In this document: in pieces, positions 10,251 to 21,175 of the stretch
How positions within the stretch are numbered: the stretch's first letter is position 1
Layout of the letters: every line of letters starts with the position of its first letter
Assembly: GCA_963840855.1 (NCBI GenBank)
Contig: CAWJBB010000030.1
Span: 192,001 to 256,000 of the forward strand
DNA from: an uncultured delta proteobacterium
Lineage (GTDB): Bacteria > Desulfobacterota > Binatia > UBA9968
Length of the DNA: 64,000 nucleotides
Direction of reading: 5' to 3'
Notes under the pieces: model-generated
The model's input: the letters and a program-made list of their open reading frames with translations, nothing else
Database searches by the model: none
What the model was told of the DNA's origin: nothing
Made by a program: the position numbers and the translations under genes

Positions 10251-11331
10251 CGGAGCGGTGGAAAAGAAACTCGTCGGCGTGGCCGACGTGGTCATTAGCG
10301 CCGCGCAGCGAAGCAAAGATCCTGCCCTTTCGATTCCCGTGCGCAGTCTCGCCAACGTCACGTTCAACGAGAAGCGGGGTATCATCGAGATGGGCCGTAG
10401 GAAGCAGGCGCGCTCGTTCTTCAACGTCGGCATGGCCAAGAAGTTCATGCAAACGGTGCTGGTCGCCGATGCCCTTGCGGAACTGCAGCGCGCGAATTTA
10501 ACCACTTCTCTCAGGGAGATCTACTACCGCACCAAGCACACGATCAAAAACTCCCACGAAAACACCTTTGACAACCAGAACGAATCGGACCCGCTCATCG
10601 AAGACCTGGAAGTCACCTTGGAAGCCCTGCGCGAAGAGCTCCACGTGCGCGCTGAGAACTCCGGCACCGTGGTGGGGCCGCTGGTATTGGTCGACGACGG
10701 CGACCGTGTGGACTGCACCAGGCTGGGGAAAGGCGGTTATTCGGTTCCCTCCATCGTCGAGCCTGAATACATTCAGCTCACTAAGTGCACGGCGGATTTC
10801 GTGCTTCTCGTCGAAAAAGGCACCCAGTGGAATCGCCTTTCAGAAGACAAGTTCTGGCGCAGATACAACTGCATCCTGCTCACCGGAAACGGCCAGCCGC
10901 CTCGCGGCGTCAGGCGCCTGGCGCGCAGGCTGCACGAAGAATTTAGTCTGCCCGTTTATGTCCTCGTCGATAACGACCCCTGGGGCTACTACATCTACTC
11001 GGTCGTCAAACAGGGGTCGATCAATCTCGCTTTTGAAAGCGAGCGCATGGCCATTCCCAAGGCCAAGTTCATCGGCTTCTCCAGCGCCGATCCCGATCGC
11101 TACGGCCTGCCGCGCAACGTCGGCATCAAGCTCAACGACAAGGACATCAACCGGGCAAAAGAACTGATGAAGTACAAGTGGTTTCAGAAAAAGGAGTGGC
11201 AGAATGAAATCAAGGGGATGCTCTCAATAGGTCTCAAGTACGAGCTCGACTCGCTTGCCAACAAGGACTTTCAGTACCTGACCAAAACCTATCTCCCCAA
11301 AAAACTCAAAGAGAAAGATTGGCTGGATTAG
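10225..11331 (+). CDS. top6A: DNA topoisomerase VI subunit A (Spo11-like)
   Basis: SLREIYY catalytic Tyr motif, VEK and VDNDPWG TOPRIM motifs; overlaps the top6B stop. Confidence 0.96.
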   Translation: MARKKSKNNGAVEKKLVGVADVVISAAQRSKDPALSIPVRSLANVTFNEKRGIIEMGRRKQARSFFNVGMAKKFMQTVLVADALAELQRANLTTSLREIYYRTKHTIKNSHENTFDNQNESDPLIEDLEVTLEALREELHVRAENSGTVVGPLVLVDDGDRVDCTRLGKGGYSVPSIVEPEYIQLTKCTADFVLLVEKGTQWNRLSEDKFWRRYNCILLTGNGQPPRGVRRLARRLHEEFSLPVYVLVDNDPWGYYIYSVVKQGSINLAFESERMAIPKAKFIGFSSADPDRYGLPRNVGIKLNDKDINRAKELMKYKWFQKKEWQNEIKGMLSIGLKYELDSLANKDFQYLTKTYLPKKLKEKDWLD

Positions 11332-11425
11332 ACGGACGCGGACAGCCATTCAGCTCTTCGAGTACTGCGTTTGGAAATCACTGCTAGAAGGTTGGGACGT
11401 TGGTAGCGGTTCAGTCTCAGAAATT

Positions 11426-11481
11426 TGTAGGGGCCCCCGTGCCTGCCCGCATCAGGGCGACCACAGGGGATCGCCCCTACA
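11426..11481. repeat. GTAG-family REP-like palindrome
   Basis: TGTAGGGGC...GCCCCTACA inverted ends with internal GGGCGA..TCGCCC stem. Confidence 0.65.
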
Positions 11482-11649
11482 TTGATACGTTTGTTGAATC
11501 AAACTGAACCACTACCGCGGCGTTTCTCTCCTTGACAGGTCCCTTCCACTGAAATAAACGACGATTGTAAGTTTACTGTGCCTTCGGCAATCGTCGGAGT
11601 CCTAATTCGAGAGCCGCCGATCACCATGAAGAGCACAGGAGGAGGCGTC

Positions 11650-12705
11650 ATGTTTCGAGTAGACGTAGATGCGCATGTAGACGAAACGGAAGCGACCTGG
11701 GAATACCTCGACGATGGGGCGCACCGCTTCAAGCCGGTCACACTTGACCCGGGCGCCGCGACGGCGCCGGGCGATGCCCGGCCGCACCGCCTCTGGCTTA
11801 TCGACGGAACGATCAGGCTCAGGCGCTGGCGCGATGACCAGCGAACGGGAACCGTCAAAGCGACCCGAGAGCTTGTGGACGTGGAGGCCCGGCTGCGCCA
11901 CATGGACGAGCTGCGCGTCGACGTGCAGGTGCTCTACCCCACACTGTTCCTCCATGCTTTTACCGCTCGACCGGAGATCGACGTAGCACTGTGCAAGTCT
12001 TACAATCGCTGGATCGCCACAGCCACTGAGAAGAGTCGCGGACGGCTCCGCTGGGTCGCAGTTTTGCCGCTGCTCGACATCGACAAGTCCGTGCAGGAGC
12101 TACGCTGGGCGAAGGATCATGGCGCCTGCGGGGTGTTCAAGAAAGGCATCGAATGCGGTGACCGCGCGGCCAGCGATCCGTACTTCTTTCCAGTCTACGA
12201 GGAGGCGAGCCGCCTCGATCTGCCTATCTGTATCCACAATGCGACGGGAAACGTCGAGTCCGCCACCGCGGAAGGTTCCGGCCTGGGAGGAGGAATGGTT
12301 GCTATCGCGGCGTTCACCGCGCTCGCGGAGCATGGCATTCCCGAGATGTTCCCGAATCTCAGGGTGGGATTCATCGAGACGGGCGCTTCCTGGGTGCCGT
12401 ATCTCTATTCCGATCTGGTGGCAAAGAAACTGCGGCGGACCTTTCTTCCCATCGACTTCAAAGAAGACTTGTTCCGCCGCAACCGTTTCTACGTCGCGTG
12501 CCAAACCAACGATGATCTTCCCTACATCTTGAAGTACGGGACCGAAGACAGCTTGATGATCGGAACCGACTATAGCCATGCGGACCAATCGGCAGAGATT
12601 CAGGCCCTGGACGTCATCGAGCAGCGCGGCGAGAACGGGGAAATCCCCGCCTCTGTCGCCCGCAAGATCCTGGACGACAACCCGCGCCGGTTCTACGGGC
12701 TATAG
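11650..12705 (+). CDS. Amidohydrolase_2 family protein
   Basis: GGAGG RBS; DVDAHVDE, ICIHN, IETGASW, IGTDYSHAD motifs. Confidence 0.9.
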   Translation: MFRVDVDAHVDETEATWEYLDDGAHRFKPVTLDPGAATAPGDARPHRLWLIDGTIRLRRWRDDQRTGTVKATRELVDVEARLRHMDELRVDVQVLYPTLFLHAFTARPEIDVALCKSYNRWIATATEKSRGRLRWVAVLPLLDIDKSVQELRWAKDHGACGVFKKGIECGDRAASDPYFFPVYEEASRLDLPICIHNATGNVESATAEGSGLGGGMVAIAAFTALAEHGIPEMFPNLRVGFIETGASWVPYLYSDLVAKKLRRTFLPIDFKEDLFRRNRFYVACQTNDDLPYILKYGTEDSLMIGTDYSHADQSAEIQALDVIEQRGENGEIPASVARKILDDNPRRFYGL

Positions 12706-12963
12706 GCGAACTTCCGGAACGTTCCCACATTCTACTCACGTAACTGCTCGGCGACAACGCGCCGAAAGCGGCGCTGAACATACAGCAGGACCTCGGCGTA
12801 AACTTAGTGCTATAGCGGATGCGTGGCGAGGCACGCCGTGGAAACGAAATGCCGGGGGGTTATCGACTTGAGCCACGTGCAAGTGTCGAAACAATATTTC
12901 ATACTGAACTTGTTGTGAGAGATTGTGGGTGAAAAGCGCGACGCGCGCGGCCCGGAGGTGACC

Positions 12964-15084
12964 ATGAGCGTACTGGGACAGCAGAAGCGAGGAAGCGGCG
13001 GCTCCGCGCCGGCCGGGCGCATCCAGCCAGGTAACAGCGGGCCAGGAGCTCCGAAGACTGCGGGAAAGCTGAAAATGCCTCCGGGCCGAACCTGGCTATG
13101 GTTCGTGCTCATCTTGCTTGCAAACTTCTTGCTGGCGAGGTTCTTCATGCCGAGTCCCGATGCGCCACTCACAGTTCCGTATACTTTTTTCAAGGAGGAG
13201 GTAAGGAAGAACAATGTCGAGGCGATTTACAGCCGCGGCGAGACCCTGACGGGCCGCTTCGCGGCGCCGGTGACCTATCCGCCGGCGGAGAAAAAGAGCG
13301 CAGCGCCGAGAGGCGCGCCCGAAAAGTCGAGCGAGCGTGGCGCGGCGCGCCGTGCGGCTCCGAGAACAGCGAGTAACTTCACGACCACCTTGCCCGCCTT
13401 CGTAGATCCCGGGTTGGAGACGTTTTTGATTGATCACGGGGTTCAAATCAGCGCTGAACCTATCGAAGAAGGCGGCAGCCCGTGGACGACGTTCCTTTTT
13501 GGCTTTGGCCCGGCCCTACTCCTCATCGGATTTTACGTTTGGCTCTTCCGGCGCGCGGCGCAGCAGGGCGGCGGCATGGGCGGACTCATGGGTATCGGCC
13601 GGAGCAGGGCGCGCCGCTACGATCAAGAGAAGGATACCAAAGTCACCTTCGACGACGTCGCCGGCATCGACGAGGCCGAGAACGAGCTCGTCGAAATCGT
13701 GGATTTTCTGAGAGATCCCAAGAAATACACCCGCCTGGGCGGGACTGCGCCGAAGGGCGTGTTGCTGATAGGCGCGCCGGGCACAGGCAAGACCTTGCTA
13801 GCGAAGGCGGTCGCCGGAGAGGCGGGCGTGCCGTTCTTCTCGATGAGCGCCGCGGAGTTCGTGGAGATGATCGTGGGAGTGGGCGCGGCGAGAGTGCGGG
13901 ACCTTTTCAAGCAGGCGCGCGAGAATGCGCCCGCGATCGTCTTCATCGATGAGCTGGACGCCATCGGTCGCGCGCGTGGGCAGATGGCGATTGGCGGTTC
14001 GAGCGAGCAGGAGCAGACCTTAAACCAAATTCTCACCGAGATGGACGGCTTCTCCAGCCGCGAGGGCATCATTGTCTTGGCCGCGACTAACCAGCCGGAC
14101 GTGCTCGACAAGGCGCTCCTGCGGCCCGGACGCTTCGACCGGCGCGTGGTGGTTAACCTCCCCGACAAGACGGGGCGCGAGGCGATCCTCAAAGTCCACA
14201 CCCGCAGCGTGCCACTCGCGAAGGACGTAAATTTAGCGGACCTTGCAGCCGTGACGTCAGGGCTCTCGGGAGCTGACCTGAAGAACCTGGTCAATGAAGC
14301 GGCGCTGCTGGCGGCTCGCCGCGAGCAGAATGAGGTCCGTCACAAGGACTTTCTCGATGCACTCGAGAAAATCGTGCTCGGCCCCGAGCGCCCGCTGCTC
14401 TTGAGCCGCGCCGACAAGCAACGCATCGCCTACCATGAAGGCGGACATGCAATTCTCGGCCTGGTGGTTCCCGGCGCTGACCCGGTGAACCGGGTGACAA
14501 TCGTGCCGCGTGGGCAGGCCCTCGGAGTGACTTATCAGCGCCCGGACAGCGAGCGCTACAACTATCCGGAAGCCTATCTACGCGCGAGGATCATCGGGAT
14601 GCTGGGCGGCCGCGCGGCGGAGGAGATCGTCTATGGCACCAAGACGACTGGCGCAGAAAGCGACATCGAGCAAGCCACCGGCCTGGCGCGCCGGATGGTC
14701 ACGCGCTGGGGTATGAGCGAGCGGCTCGGAATGGTGCAGCTCGCGCCCCGGGAGAACCCATACCTGAGCGTTCCGAACGGTTATGCAGGCTCGAGGGAGT
14801 TCAGTGAGGAGACGGCCGAAGCCATCGACGAGGAGGTGCGCAAGATCATCGGCGAGAGCCATGACGAGGCGATACGCCTTCTGAGCGCGCACCGAAAACA
14901 ACTCGACGCGCTGGTTGAAGCGTTACTCGTGCGCGAAACTCTCAATGAGCAGGAGATCCTTGAGGTTACCGGGCTCCCGCGCGCGCCCGCTTTGGAGACC
15001 GGGATCTTACCCGCTGGCGCGGGCAACGGTGGCGACGGTCACTCGCGTGACGACTCGGTCTCGCCACGCGCTTACAAAGAATAG
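12964..15084 (+). CDS. ftsH: ATP-dependent zinc metalloprotease FtsH
   Basis: Two TM helices, GAPGTGKT Walker A, IVFIDELD Walker [16 protein letters not shown] zinc motif. Confidence 0.95.
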   Translation: MSVLGQQKRGSGGSAPAGRIQPGNSGPGAPKTAGKLKMPPGRTWLWFVLILLANFLLARFFMPSPDAPLTVPYTFFKEEVRKNNVEAIYSRGETLTGRFAAPVTYPPAEKKSAAPRGAPEKSSERGAARRAAPRTASNFTTTLPAFVDPGLETFLIDHGVQISAEPIEEGGSPWTTFLFGFGPALLLIGFYVWLFRRAAQQGGGMGGLMGIGRSRARRYDQEKDTKVTFDDVAGIDEAENELVEIVDFLRDPKKYTRLGGTAPKGVLLIGAPGTGKTLLAKAVAGEAGVPFFSMSAAEFVEMIVGVGAARVRDLFKQARENAPAIVFIDELDAIGRARGQMAIGGSSEQEQTLNQILTEMDGFSSREGIIVLAATNQPDVLDKALLRPGRFDRRVVVNLPDKTGREAILKVHTRSVPLAKDVNLADLAAVTSGLSGADLKNLVNEAALLAARREQNEVRHKDFLDALEKIVLGPERPLLLSRADKQRIAYHEGGHAILGLVVPGADPVNRVTIVPRGQALGVTYQRPDSERYNYPEAYLRARIIGMLGGRAAEEIVYGTKTTGAESDIEQATGLARRMVTRWGMSERLGMVQLAPRENPYLSVPNGYAGSREFSEETAEAIDEEVRKIIGESHDEAIRLLSAHRKQLDALVEALLVRETLNEQEILEVTGLPRAPALETGILPAGAGNGGDGHSRDDSVSPRAYKE

Positions 15085-15113
15085 CGGGCGCCGGGCGTGC
15101 CGCCTCGACTTCA

Positions 15114-15582
15114 CTAATGTGATGGTTGTGAAATTTCCGGATAACGTAAGCGGACCACTCGAGCGAGTCCCTTGAGTTTATCCTCGATCCTCAACTTAAA
15201 GTGTTCTTCGGGGATCAAGCACTCGAGGCACGCTTCCGGTCCGGGGAGAACAATTATAGAAAACAACTCCGTCTTCGAAACGACTTGATAACGAACCCGC
15301 CTGCCGAACTTCTTTGCTTCATACTCCGTAACTCCATCGACTTCGCGCAACAGGCCCTCAGCGAACGGGTGCTCGCCGCGGAAAAATTTCGTTTGCACTT
15401 TCGGAAATCGCTGCTGAATGTGCCGTTCCACCCGACGCAGCGCTACATCACCATTGGTGGTCCCGGACCACAGCAACCCTACGTTTCTCCCTTCGAGAGT
15501 TGCGAGCCGGGGGCTCACCCCCCTGAGGCTTTAGGTCGCCACGGATCTCCGCTACGGGATTCAACACTTTGAGCTGTGCCAT
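15114..15582 (-). pseudogene. Collapsed paralog of the UGSC operon: UGSC N-terminal part fused to the C-terminal part of the small CxxC protein
   Basis: MAQLKVLNPVAEIRG..SPRLATLEGRNVGLLWSGTTNGDVALRRVE..RGEHPFAE aligns with 60462..60743; ..GPEACLECLIPEEHFKLRIEDKLKGLARVVRLRYPE aligns with 63276..63521; +1 shift in a G6 run near 15520. Confidence 0.8.
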
Positions 15583-15989
15583 ATTTGCTCTCTTTCTTGG
15601 GAATGTTCCGATGAAAAACTATCCTGACGTAAGTTGTTGTAAATGACAGGCTGCCGACCGCCGCGCGTGACCGCCATCATCGTTCCATCACGTCTCACAG
15701 TCGGGCAGGACGAAGACTATTGCATCGACGCAATATCAAAAGCGCACCAGACTCGCAACCTGAGTGAAATTTCGACGACCGCACAAGAGCGGTTCTCGGT
15801 CAAGTGTCTATCTTCGGCCGGGCGAAGCGTCTCTCGTCGAAGATGAATCGTACGAGCAAAAACTCGGCGAGGATCTGAAGACTGGAAACCGCACACCGCA
15901 TTGATTGATACACGATGTTTCGGATCACGGCGCCGGAGCAGCATTTGGGCCTGCTAATCATCGACTGAGAAATCCACAGCCGATGGGTC

Positions 15990-16019
15990 TTGACCGAGGG
16001 TTCCCAACCGGCGTATGGT
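15990..16019 (+). promoter_or_regulatory. Possible sigma70 promoter of the dehalogenase-like gene
   Basis: TTGACC-N18-TATGGT about 45 nt upstream of the ATG. Confidence 0.3.
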
Positions 16020-16063
16020 CGCTCTAGTTGACCCCTGCGCTAAGCGGAAAAGGAGGCTTTCTT

Positions 16064-17287
16064 ATGCTGACAACCAACAAGGTGAAGACCCCGCGTAGTT
16101 TCCGCATCGTCGGACCTCAACGCCAGATCGATGAGCGCGAGACGCCGCATCCCAAAGTCGAACGCGGCGAATTCGGAACGCGGCTCCGTGACTGGCGAAA
16201 AAATCGCGTCGGCGGCGATCCTTTCCGGCGCCTCTTCGGCGGCGGCGGCGAAGGTGATCCGAACAATACCTTAAATAAGATAATGAGGGACGCGCCCGAG
16301 GGAAAGGTCAATCCTAACCAGATCCCCGTGGACGATCCGGCGGAAATGGCCGAGCAAATTAAAGGAGTCGCCAAGTACCTTGGCGCCGATGTCGTGGGGA
16401 TTTGTCATCTCGACCAGCTTTATGTCTATTCCCACCGCGCCCGGGGCAACGCCGCTATGGGAGAAAAACCCGGCGATCCCGTCAACATAAAGCACCGCTA
16501 CGCCATCTGCCTGGGTTTCGCGAGCGACTACTACCGCTACATGAGCAACAACAGCAAAATCTCCGACACGGAGTATCAGTTCGGCAACAACCACGCCATC
16601 GTGCCGACGTTCATGCTTGCGTCCTATATCCGTGAGATGGGCTATCCCGCGACTGCTAATCACCACGGGCGGTCGTCGGTCAACCCGATTCCCTTAGCAA
16701 TCAACGCTGGGCTGGGCGAGCTGGGGCGCCACGGCATGCTGATTCATGAAAAGTACGGCTCGCGACTGCATTTGACGGTGGTGACGACTGATCTTCCCTT
16801 GGCGGTCGATCAACCGGTGGATATCGGCGTCGAAGAGTTCTGCAAATACTGCAAAAAGTGCGCGCGCACCTGTCCCTCGCACAGCATTCCCTTCGGCGAA
16901 AAGGAAGTCTTGAACGGCGTCGAGAAGTATCTCGTCAACATAGAGACTTGCTACAAATACAAGCTGGCGGGCCGCGGCGAGTGGACCAACTGCGTCGTTT
17001 GCGTTTCATCATGCTGCTATAACAAGCCCGATACCTGGTGGCACGACGTGGCGATGTGGTCGGTAAAGAAAACACCTCCAATGTTACGCGTGTTGGTCGT
17101 TAAACCGCTGCTGTGGATGGATGACCTGATATGGGGAAAAAGGCCATGGAAACGCATGAAGTGGCTGAGCTACGACAACGCGCCGAAAACTATGACTTGC
17201 AATATTCCAGGCTGCAATGCCAAGCACACCAACCTGCAGGACAAGCGGCTTCATACCACCAACGTCGCTCAGGGAGGAACGCACTGA
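16064..17287 (+). CDS. Reductive dehalogenase-like cobalamin/2x[4Fe-4S] protein (RdhA/QueG superfamily), no Tat signal
   Basis: AGGAGG RBS; AKYLGADVVGIC, AGLGELGRHG, TDLPLAVDQPVDIG, FCKYCKKCARTCP, CYKY..CVVCVSSCC, RdhA-like C-terminal NKP..WWH...MDD. Confidence 0.8.
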   Translation: MLTTNKVKTPRSFRIVGPQRQIDERETPHPKVERGEFGTRLRDWRKNRVGGDPFRRLFGGGGEGDPNNTLNKIMRDAPEGKVNPNQIPVDDPAEMAEQIKGVAKYLGADVVGICHLDQLYVYSHRARGNAAMGEKPGDPVNIKHRYAICLGFASDYYRYMSNNSKISDTEYQFGNNHAIVPTFMLASYIREMGYPATANHHGRSSVNPIPLAINAGLGELGRHGMLIHEKYGSRLHLTVVTTDLPLAVDQPVDIGVEEFCKYCKKCARTCPSHSIPFGEKEVLNGVEKYLVNIETCYKYKLAGRGEWTNCVVCVSSCCYNKPDTWWHDVAMWSVKKTPPMLRVLVVKPLLWMDDLIWGKRPWKRMKWLSYDNAPKTMTCNIPGCNAKHTNLQDKRLHTTNVAQGGTH

Positions 17288-17339
17288 CGATTGAGCGAAG
17301 TCTGAACCGACGAATTTACTGACGGGAGAAAGCAAAGCA

Positions 17340-17594
17340 ATGGCGTTCATAATTGCGGAACCATGCATTGGCGTAAAAGACAAAGCGTGCATCGACGTTT
17401 GTCCGATGGACTGCATTCACGGCGGCGACAAGGACGAGATGCTCTACATCGATCCGGACGAGTGCATCGACTGTGACGGATGCGTTCCGGTATGCCCGGT
17501 GGAAGCCATCTTTCCCGCGGATAAAGTCCCGGAAAAGTGGAAAAACTATGTCCAGATCAACGCGGACTACTTTAAAGCGCGGAAGTCACCCTAA
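17340..17594 (+). CDS. Ferredoxin (7Fe/8Fe dicluster, FdxA-like)
   Basis: PCIGVKDKACIDVCPMDCI and ECIDCDGCVPVCP. Confidence 0.93.
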   Translation: MAFIIAEPCIGVKDKACIDVCPMDCIHGGDKDEMLYIDPDECIDCDGCVPVCPVEAIFPADKVPEKWKNYVQINADYFKARKSP

Positions 17595-17617
17595 AGATTT
17601 TATCCTACATAGGGTAT

Positions 17618-17730
17618 CGTCATTCCGGGCAAGCTGGCGATAGCTAGCGCGACCCGGAATCCAGGAAAATGAAAGCTTCTGGCTTCCCGCTGGAGCTTCT
17701 CCTGAGCCCAGCCGAAGGGCCGGTATGACG
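17618..17730. repeat. GTCATTCCG...ATGAC palindromic element (RPE-like)
   Basis: CGTCATTCCGG...CCGGAATCCAG...CCGGTATGACG inverted ends. Confidence 0.6.
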
Positions 17731-17925
17731 TACTCGGACTCCCAACGTTGTAAACGAACTTTAATTCCAGGACTCTAGCGCTGGTTCCTTTCTTACCACG
17801 CGTTGTTTCGGTATGAAAACTACCCAATCTTCGTTATCAAAGGACCTGCATCGCCGCGCACTCGCTCGCGCGTCATCTGACTCCGGTGCGTTCATGAATC
17901 ATTCCGGTGTTGTGGCCGGCGGTTG

Positions 17926-18807
17926 CTACGGCCGCAGCCCGGGTTCCACTGCAGAAATGTTCAGGCGTGGCGGGGTGGACTCGAGTTCGCGCAGGAACTC
18001 CGCCAGGGCGTTCCAGAACTCTTCGCGCCGCTCGATCCCGTAGTGACGCGCGCCCGCCAGCTTCACAGTGCGCTGGGGTCCGCCCCACGCGCGCGCGAGC
18101 GCGACGCCGTTTTCAACCGGAGTGACGTCGTCATGCTCGGCGAGGATGAACAGCGCGGGCACCTTGATCGCTGGCGCGATCGCAGCCGCGTCGTAGCGCC
18201 CGTTTAGCAATAGCCCGGCCGGTAGCCAGGGATAGCGCTCCGCGGCGAGGGCGGCGAAGCTGTCAAAGGGAGTGGCAAGAATCGCGCCGCGGATCTGACG
18301 CGTCGTCGCCAGGGAAACGGCGAAGTACGTGCCCAGGCTCCGGCCGAGCACCACGATGCTCGACGGGTCCACGTCGGATCTCGCCGCGGCGTAATCATAG
18401 ATGAGGCCGGTGTCTTCCAGCACGACGCTCTCGGAGGGCTCGCCTTCGGATAGACCGAAGCCTCGATAGTTGATGAATAGCCAGCCCCAGCGCTCGGGCT
18501 TGACGCCCCGATCAATCATCCAGGACGATTCCCGGCGCACGCCGCCGAAGACGATCACCAGCGGAAAGCGCTGGCCGGACCGCGCCGCCGCCGGATGCTT
18601 CAGCCATCCATGCAGCGTGACGCCGTCGGCCGTTTTAAGGCGCACTTCCTCGATGCCATTCGCGCGCGACGCCACCGACGCGAGATACTCCGGGTCCGAG
18701 CTCCTCGGCCGAAACAGGAATCGTTGCTCCAGCGGTTCCATCATGAGGCCGCAGCCGACGGCGAGCAGCGCGACGGTACCGGCGAGGATGGTGAGTAAAG
18801 ATCGCAC
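17926..18807 (-). CDS. Alpha/beta hydrolase, probable lipoprotein
   Basis: NYRGFGLSEG, GRSLG nucleophile elbow, Asp/His downstream; GTG 18807 followed by hydrophobic stretch and LAVGC lipobox. Confidence 0.82.
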   Translation of the reverse strand: MRSLLTILAGTVALLAVGCGLMMEPLEQRFLFRPRSSDPEYLASVASRANGIEEVRLKTADGVTLHGWLKHPAAARSGQRFPLVIVFGGVRRESSWMIDRGVKPERWGWLFINYRGFGLSEGEPSESVVLEDTGLIYDYAAARSDVDPSSIVVLGRSLGTYFAVSLATTRQIRGAILATPFDSFAALAAERYPWLPAGLLLNGRYDAAAIAPAIKVPALFILAEHDDVTPVENGVALARAWGGPQRTVKLAGARHYGIERREEFWNALAEFLRELESTPPRLNISAVEPGLRP

Positions 18808-18911
18808 GGGTGGTATTCTACATTGCACGAAAAACGGAGCAAGGGGCTGCGTCCGTGGCTCTGAAACACGGTGGCTTGAACGGCTGCAAAACGAGTTATA
18901 TTCTTGGTGCC

Positions 18912-21011
18912 ATGGACGAGCAGGAACTACCAAGCCAGAACGTGGATCTTATACAGAGCCAACATCAGGCTTTGCTGGAAGTTTCACAGGCGATTGCCTC
19001 GCACCGAGATCTCGGGCAGCTTTTTCATGACCTCGCGCCGCGCCTCCACCTCGTGGTTCAGTTTGACTTCGTCAATCTGATCCTGCACGAGCCGACCCGC
19101 AATGTGATGCGATCGCATGTCTTGGAATGCCCAGAGCCGGATTATGTCTGCCCCTCACAGGAATGCCCTATGGAAACCCCGGGAGGCTGGGTGTGGCAGA
19201 CTCAACAAACATGGGTAGTTTCCCAACTTGACCTTGAAACCCGTTTCCCCGATTGCTCGCGCTGGCTGAGCGAGCGCGGGGTGCAGTCGCTCTGTGTCGT
19301 TCCGATTACAACCGCATTACGGAAATTGGGTGCCCTGGCTTTCGGCAGCTCGCGGAAAGCGGCCTACTCTGAGACCGACGTGACTTTTCTGCAACAGGTG
19401 GCCAGGCAAGTGGCGGTGGCGGTCGACAACGCGCTCAACTTCGAGCAGGCGCAAACCGTCCAACAGCAGCTCCAGGAAGAACGCGATCGTTTGCGCCTCT
19501 TGTTGGAAGTGAACAATACCGTAGTGTCGGCGCTCGATCTGCACGAACTGCTAAGCGCGGTATCCACTTCTCTGCGACGCCTATTCAAGCATGAATACGC
19601 CAGCCTTTCTCTCTACGATGCAGAAACCCAGCGGCTGCAGATTCACGCGTTGGATTTCCCGGTCAGCAAGGGCCTGCTCCAGGAAGGTCTCTGGGTCCCC
19701 GTTGAGGGATCACCGACGGGAAGAGCCTTGACGTCGCGCCAGCCGGTCTTCATAACCCGCCGCGACATCGAGCAATTTGGTTCCGACATCGCCCGGCGCA
19801 TCGTCGCCGAAGGTCTCCAGTCTGGATGTTGCTTACCTCTGGTTTCACACGGCCGGCCCCTTGGCACGCTCGTGGTGGCAAGCATGCGCGAGGAAACATT
19901 CCCGCAAAAAGACGCCGAGCTGCTTCACCACGTCGCCAATCAAATCGCCATAGCCGTCGAAAACGCGCTGGCTTTCGGGCAGGTGGTGGAGCGAGCGAAC
20001 AAGCTCACGGAGGAAAAACTCTATCTCCAGGATGAGATCCGCACCCGGCATGATTTCGAGGAGATCATCGGTGAGGACCGCGCTCTCAAAAATGTCTTGC
20101 AGCAGGCGCAAACGGTAGCTCCCACCGACTCCACCGTTCTCATTCTCGGCGAAACCGGTACAGGCAAGGAGCTGATCGCCCGCGCCATTCACAATCTGAG
20201 CGCGCGCCGCGAGCGGGCCCTGGTGAAAATAAACTGCGCCGCCATCCCCACCGGCCTCCTTGAAAGCGAATTGTTCGGCCATGAGAAAGGCGCGTTCACC
20301 GGGGCCATCCTGCAACGCGTCGGCCGCTTCGAGCTCGCCAACGGCGGCACGCTTTTTCTTGACGAAGTCGGCGACATTCCGCTCGAACTCCAGCCCAAGT
20401 TGCTGAGGGTTTTGCAGGAGCACGAGTTCGAGCGCCTTGGGAGCACGAAAACGCTTCGCGTGAACGTGCGAATCGTCGCCGCCACGAACTCGAATTTGCC
20501 GCAAATGGTCGCCGAGAAGCAATTTCGCAGCGACCTGTTTTACCGGCTCAATGTTTTTCCCATCGTCATTCCGCCGTTGCGCGAGCGGCGCGAAGATATT
20601 TCTCTTTTAGTGCGATACTTTGTGCAAAAGTACGCACGACGCATGAAAAAAAAGGTCGAGACGATTCCAGCCAGCGCGATGAAAGCGTTGTCTGAATACA
20701 ATTGGCCAGGCAATGTCCGGGAACTGGAAAATTTCATCGAGCGCGCGGTCATCCTTTCCCGCGACGCGCAACTGGAAATTCCGCTTACCGAGTTGAGGCC
20801 AGTGACGAATCTCGCGCCGGTAATCTCTGCAAACGGCGCCGCGACCCTGGAACAGGCTGAACGGGAGCATATCGTGCGCGCCCTGGGCGAAGCGAATTGG
20901 ATAATCGGCGGCGCGGCGGGCGCCGCCGCACGCCTGGGTATGAAGCGGACCACTCTTCAATCACGCATGAAACAATTGGGCATCGCGCGTCCCAGATTAA
21001 CCCCAGCTTAA
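18912..21011 (+). CDS. FhlA-like sigma54-dependent activator (2xGAF-AAA+-HTH)
   Basis: Two GAF repeats, GETGTGKE, ESELFGHEKGAFTGA, WPGNVRELEN, C-terminal GAAARLGMKRTTLQSRM. Confidence 0.93.
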   Translation: MDEQELPSQNVDLIQSQHQALLEVSQAIASHRDLGQLFHDLAPRLHLVVQFDFVNLILHEPTRNVMRSHVLECPEPDYVCPSQECPMETPGGWVWQTQQTWVVSQLDLETRFPDCSRWLSERGVQSLCVVPITTALRKLGALAFGSSRKAAYSETDVTFLQQVARQVAVAVDNALNFEQAQTVQQQLQEERDRLRLLLEVNNTVVSALDLHELLSAVSTSLRRLFKHEYASLSLYDAETQRLQIHALDFPVSKGLLQEGLWVPVEGSPTGRALTSRQPVFITRRDIEQFGSDIARRIVAEGLQSGCCLPLVSHGRPLGTLVVASMREETFPQKDAELLHHVANQIAIAVENALAFGQVVERANKLTEEKLYLQDEIRTRHDFEEIIGEDRALKNVLQQAQTVAPTDSTVLILGETGTGKELIARAIHNLSARRERALVKINCAAIPTGLLESELFGHEKGAFTGAILQRVGRFELANGGTLFLDEVGDIPLELQPKLLRVLQEHEFERLGSTKTLRVNVRIVAATNSNLPQMVAEKQFRSDLFYRLNVFPIVIPPLRERREDISLLVRYFVQKYARRMKKKVETIPASAMKALSEYNWPGNVRELENFIERAVILSRDAQLEIPLTELRPVTNLAPVISANGAATLEQAEREHIVRALGEANWIIGGAAGAAARLGMKRTTLQSRMKQLGIARPRLTPA

Positions 21012-21175
21012 TCACAGCCGTTCCCGAGACAAACAGAGGCCGATATTTCGGCAGCTGCCGACCCGCGAGCGTGACACCGCCGCAATCGACTGGAGCCAAT
21101 CGTTAACGTCCGAAAACGGCCGGTAACTGTCTTGCGTACGGGCTTCATTTATCCCAATACTGTTTTTGACACGCT

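Noticed and set aside
16064-17287. Calling this gene queG because queE is in the window
   Set aside because: queE is 22 kb away, and the C-terminal motifs and adjacent ferredoxin look more RdhA-like; left without a symbol
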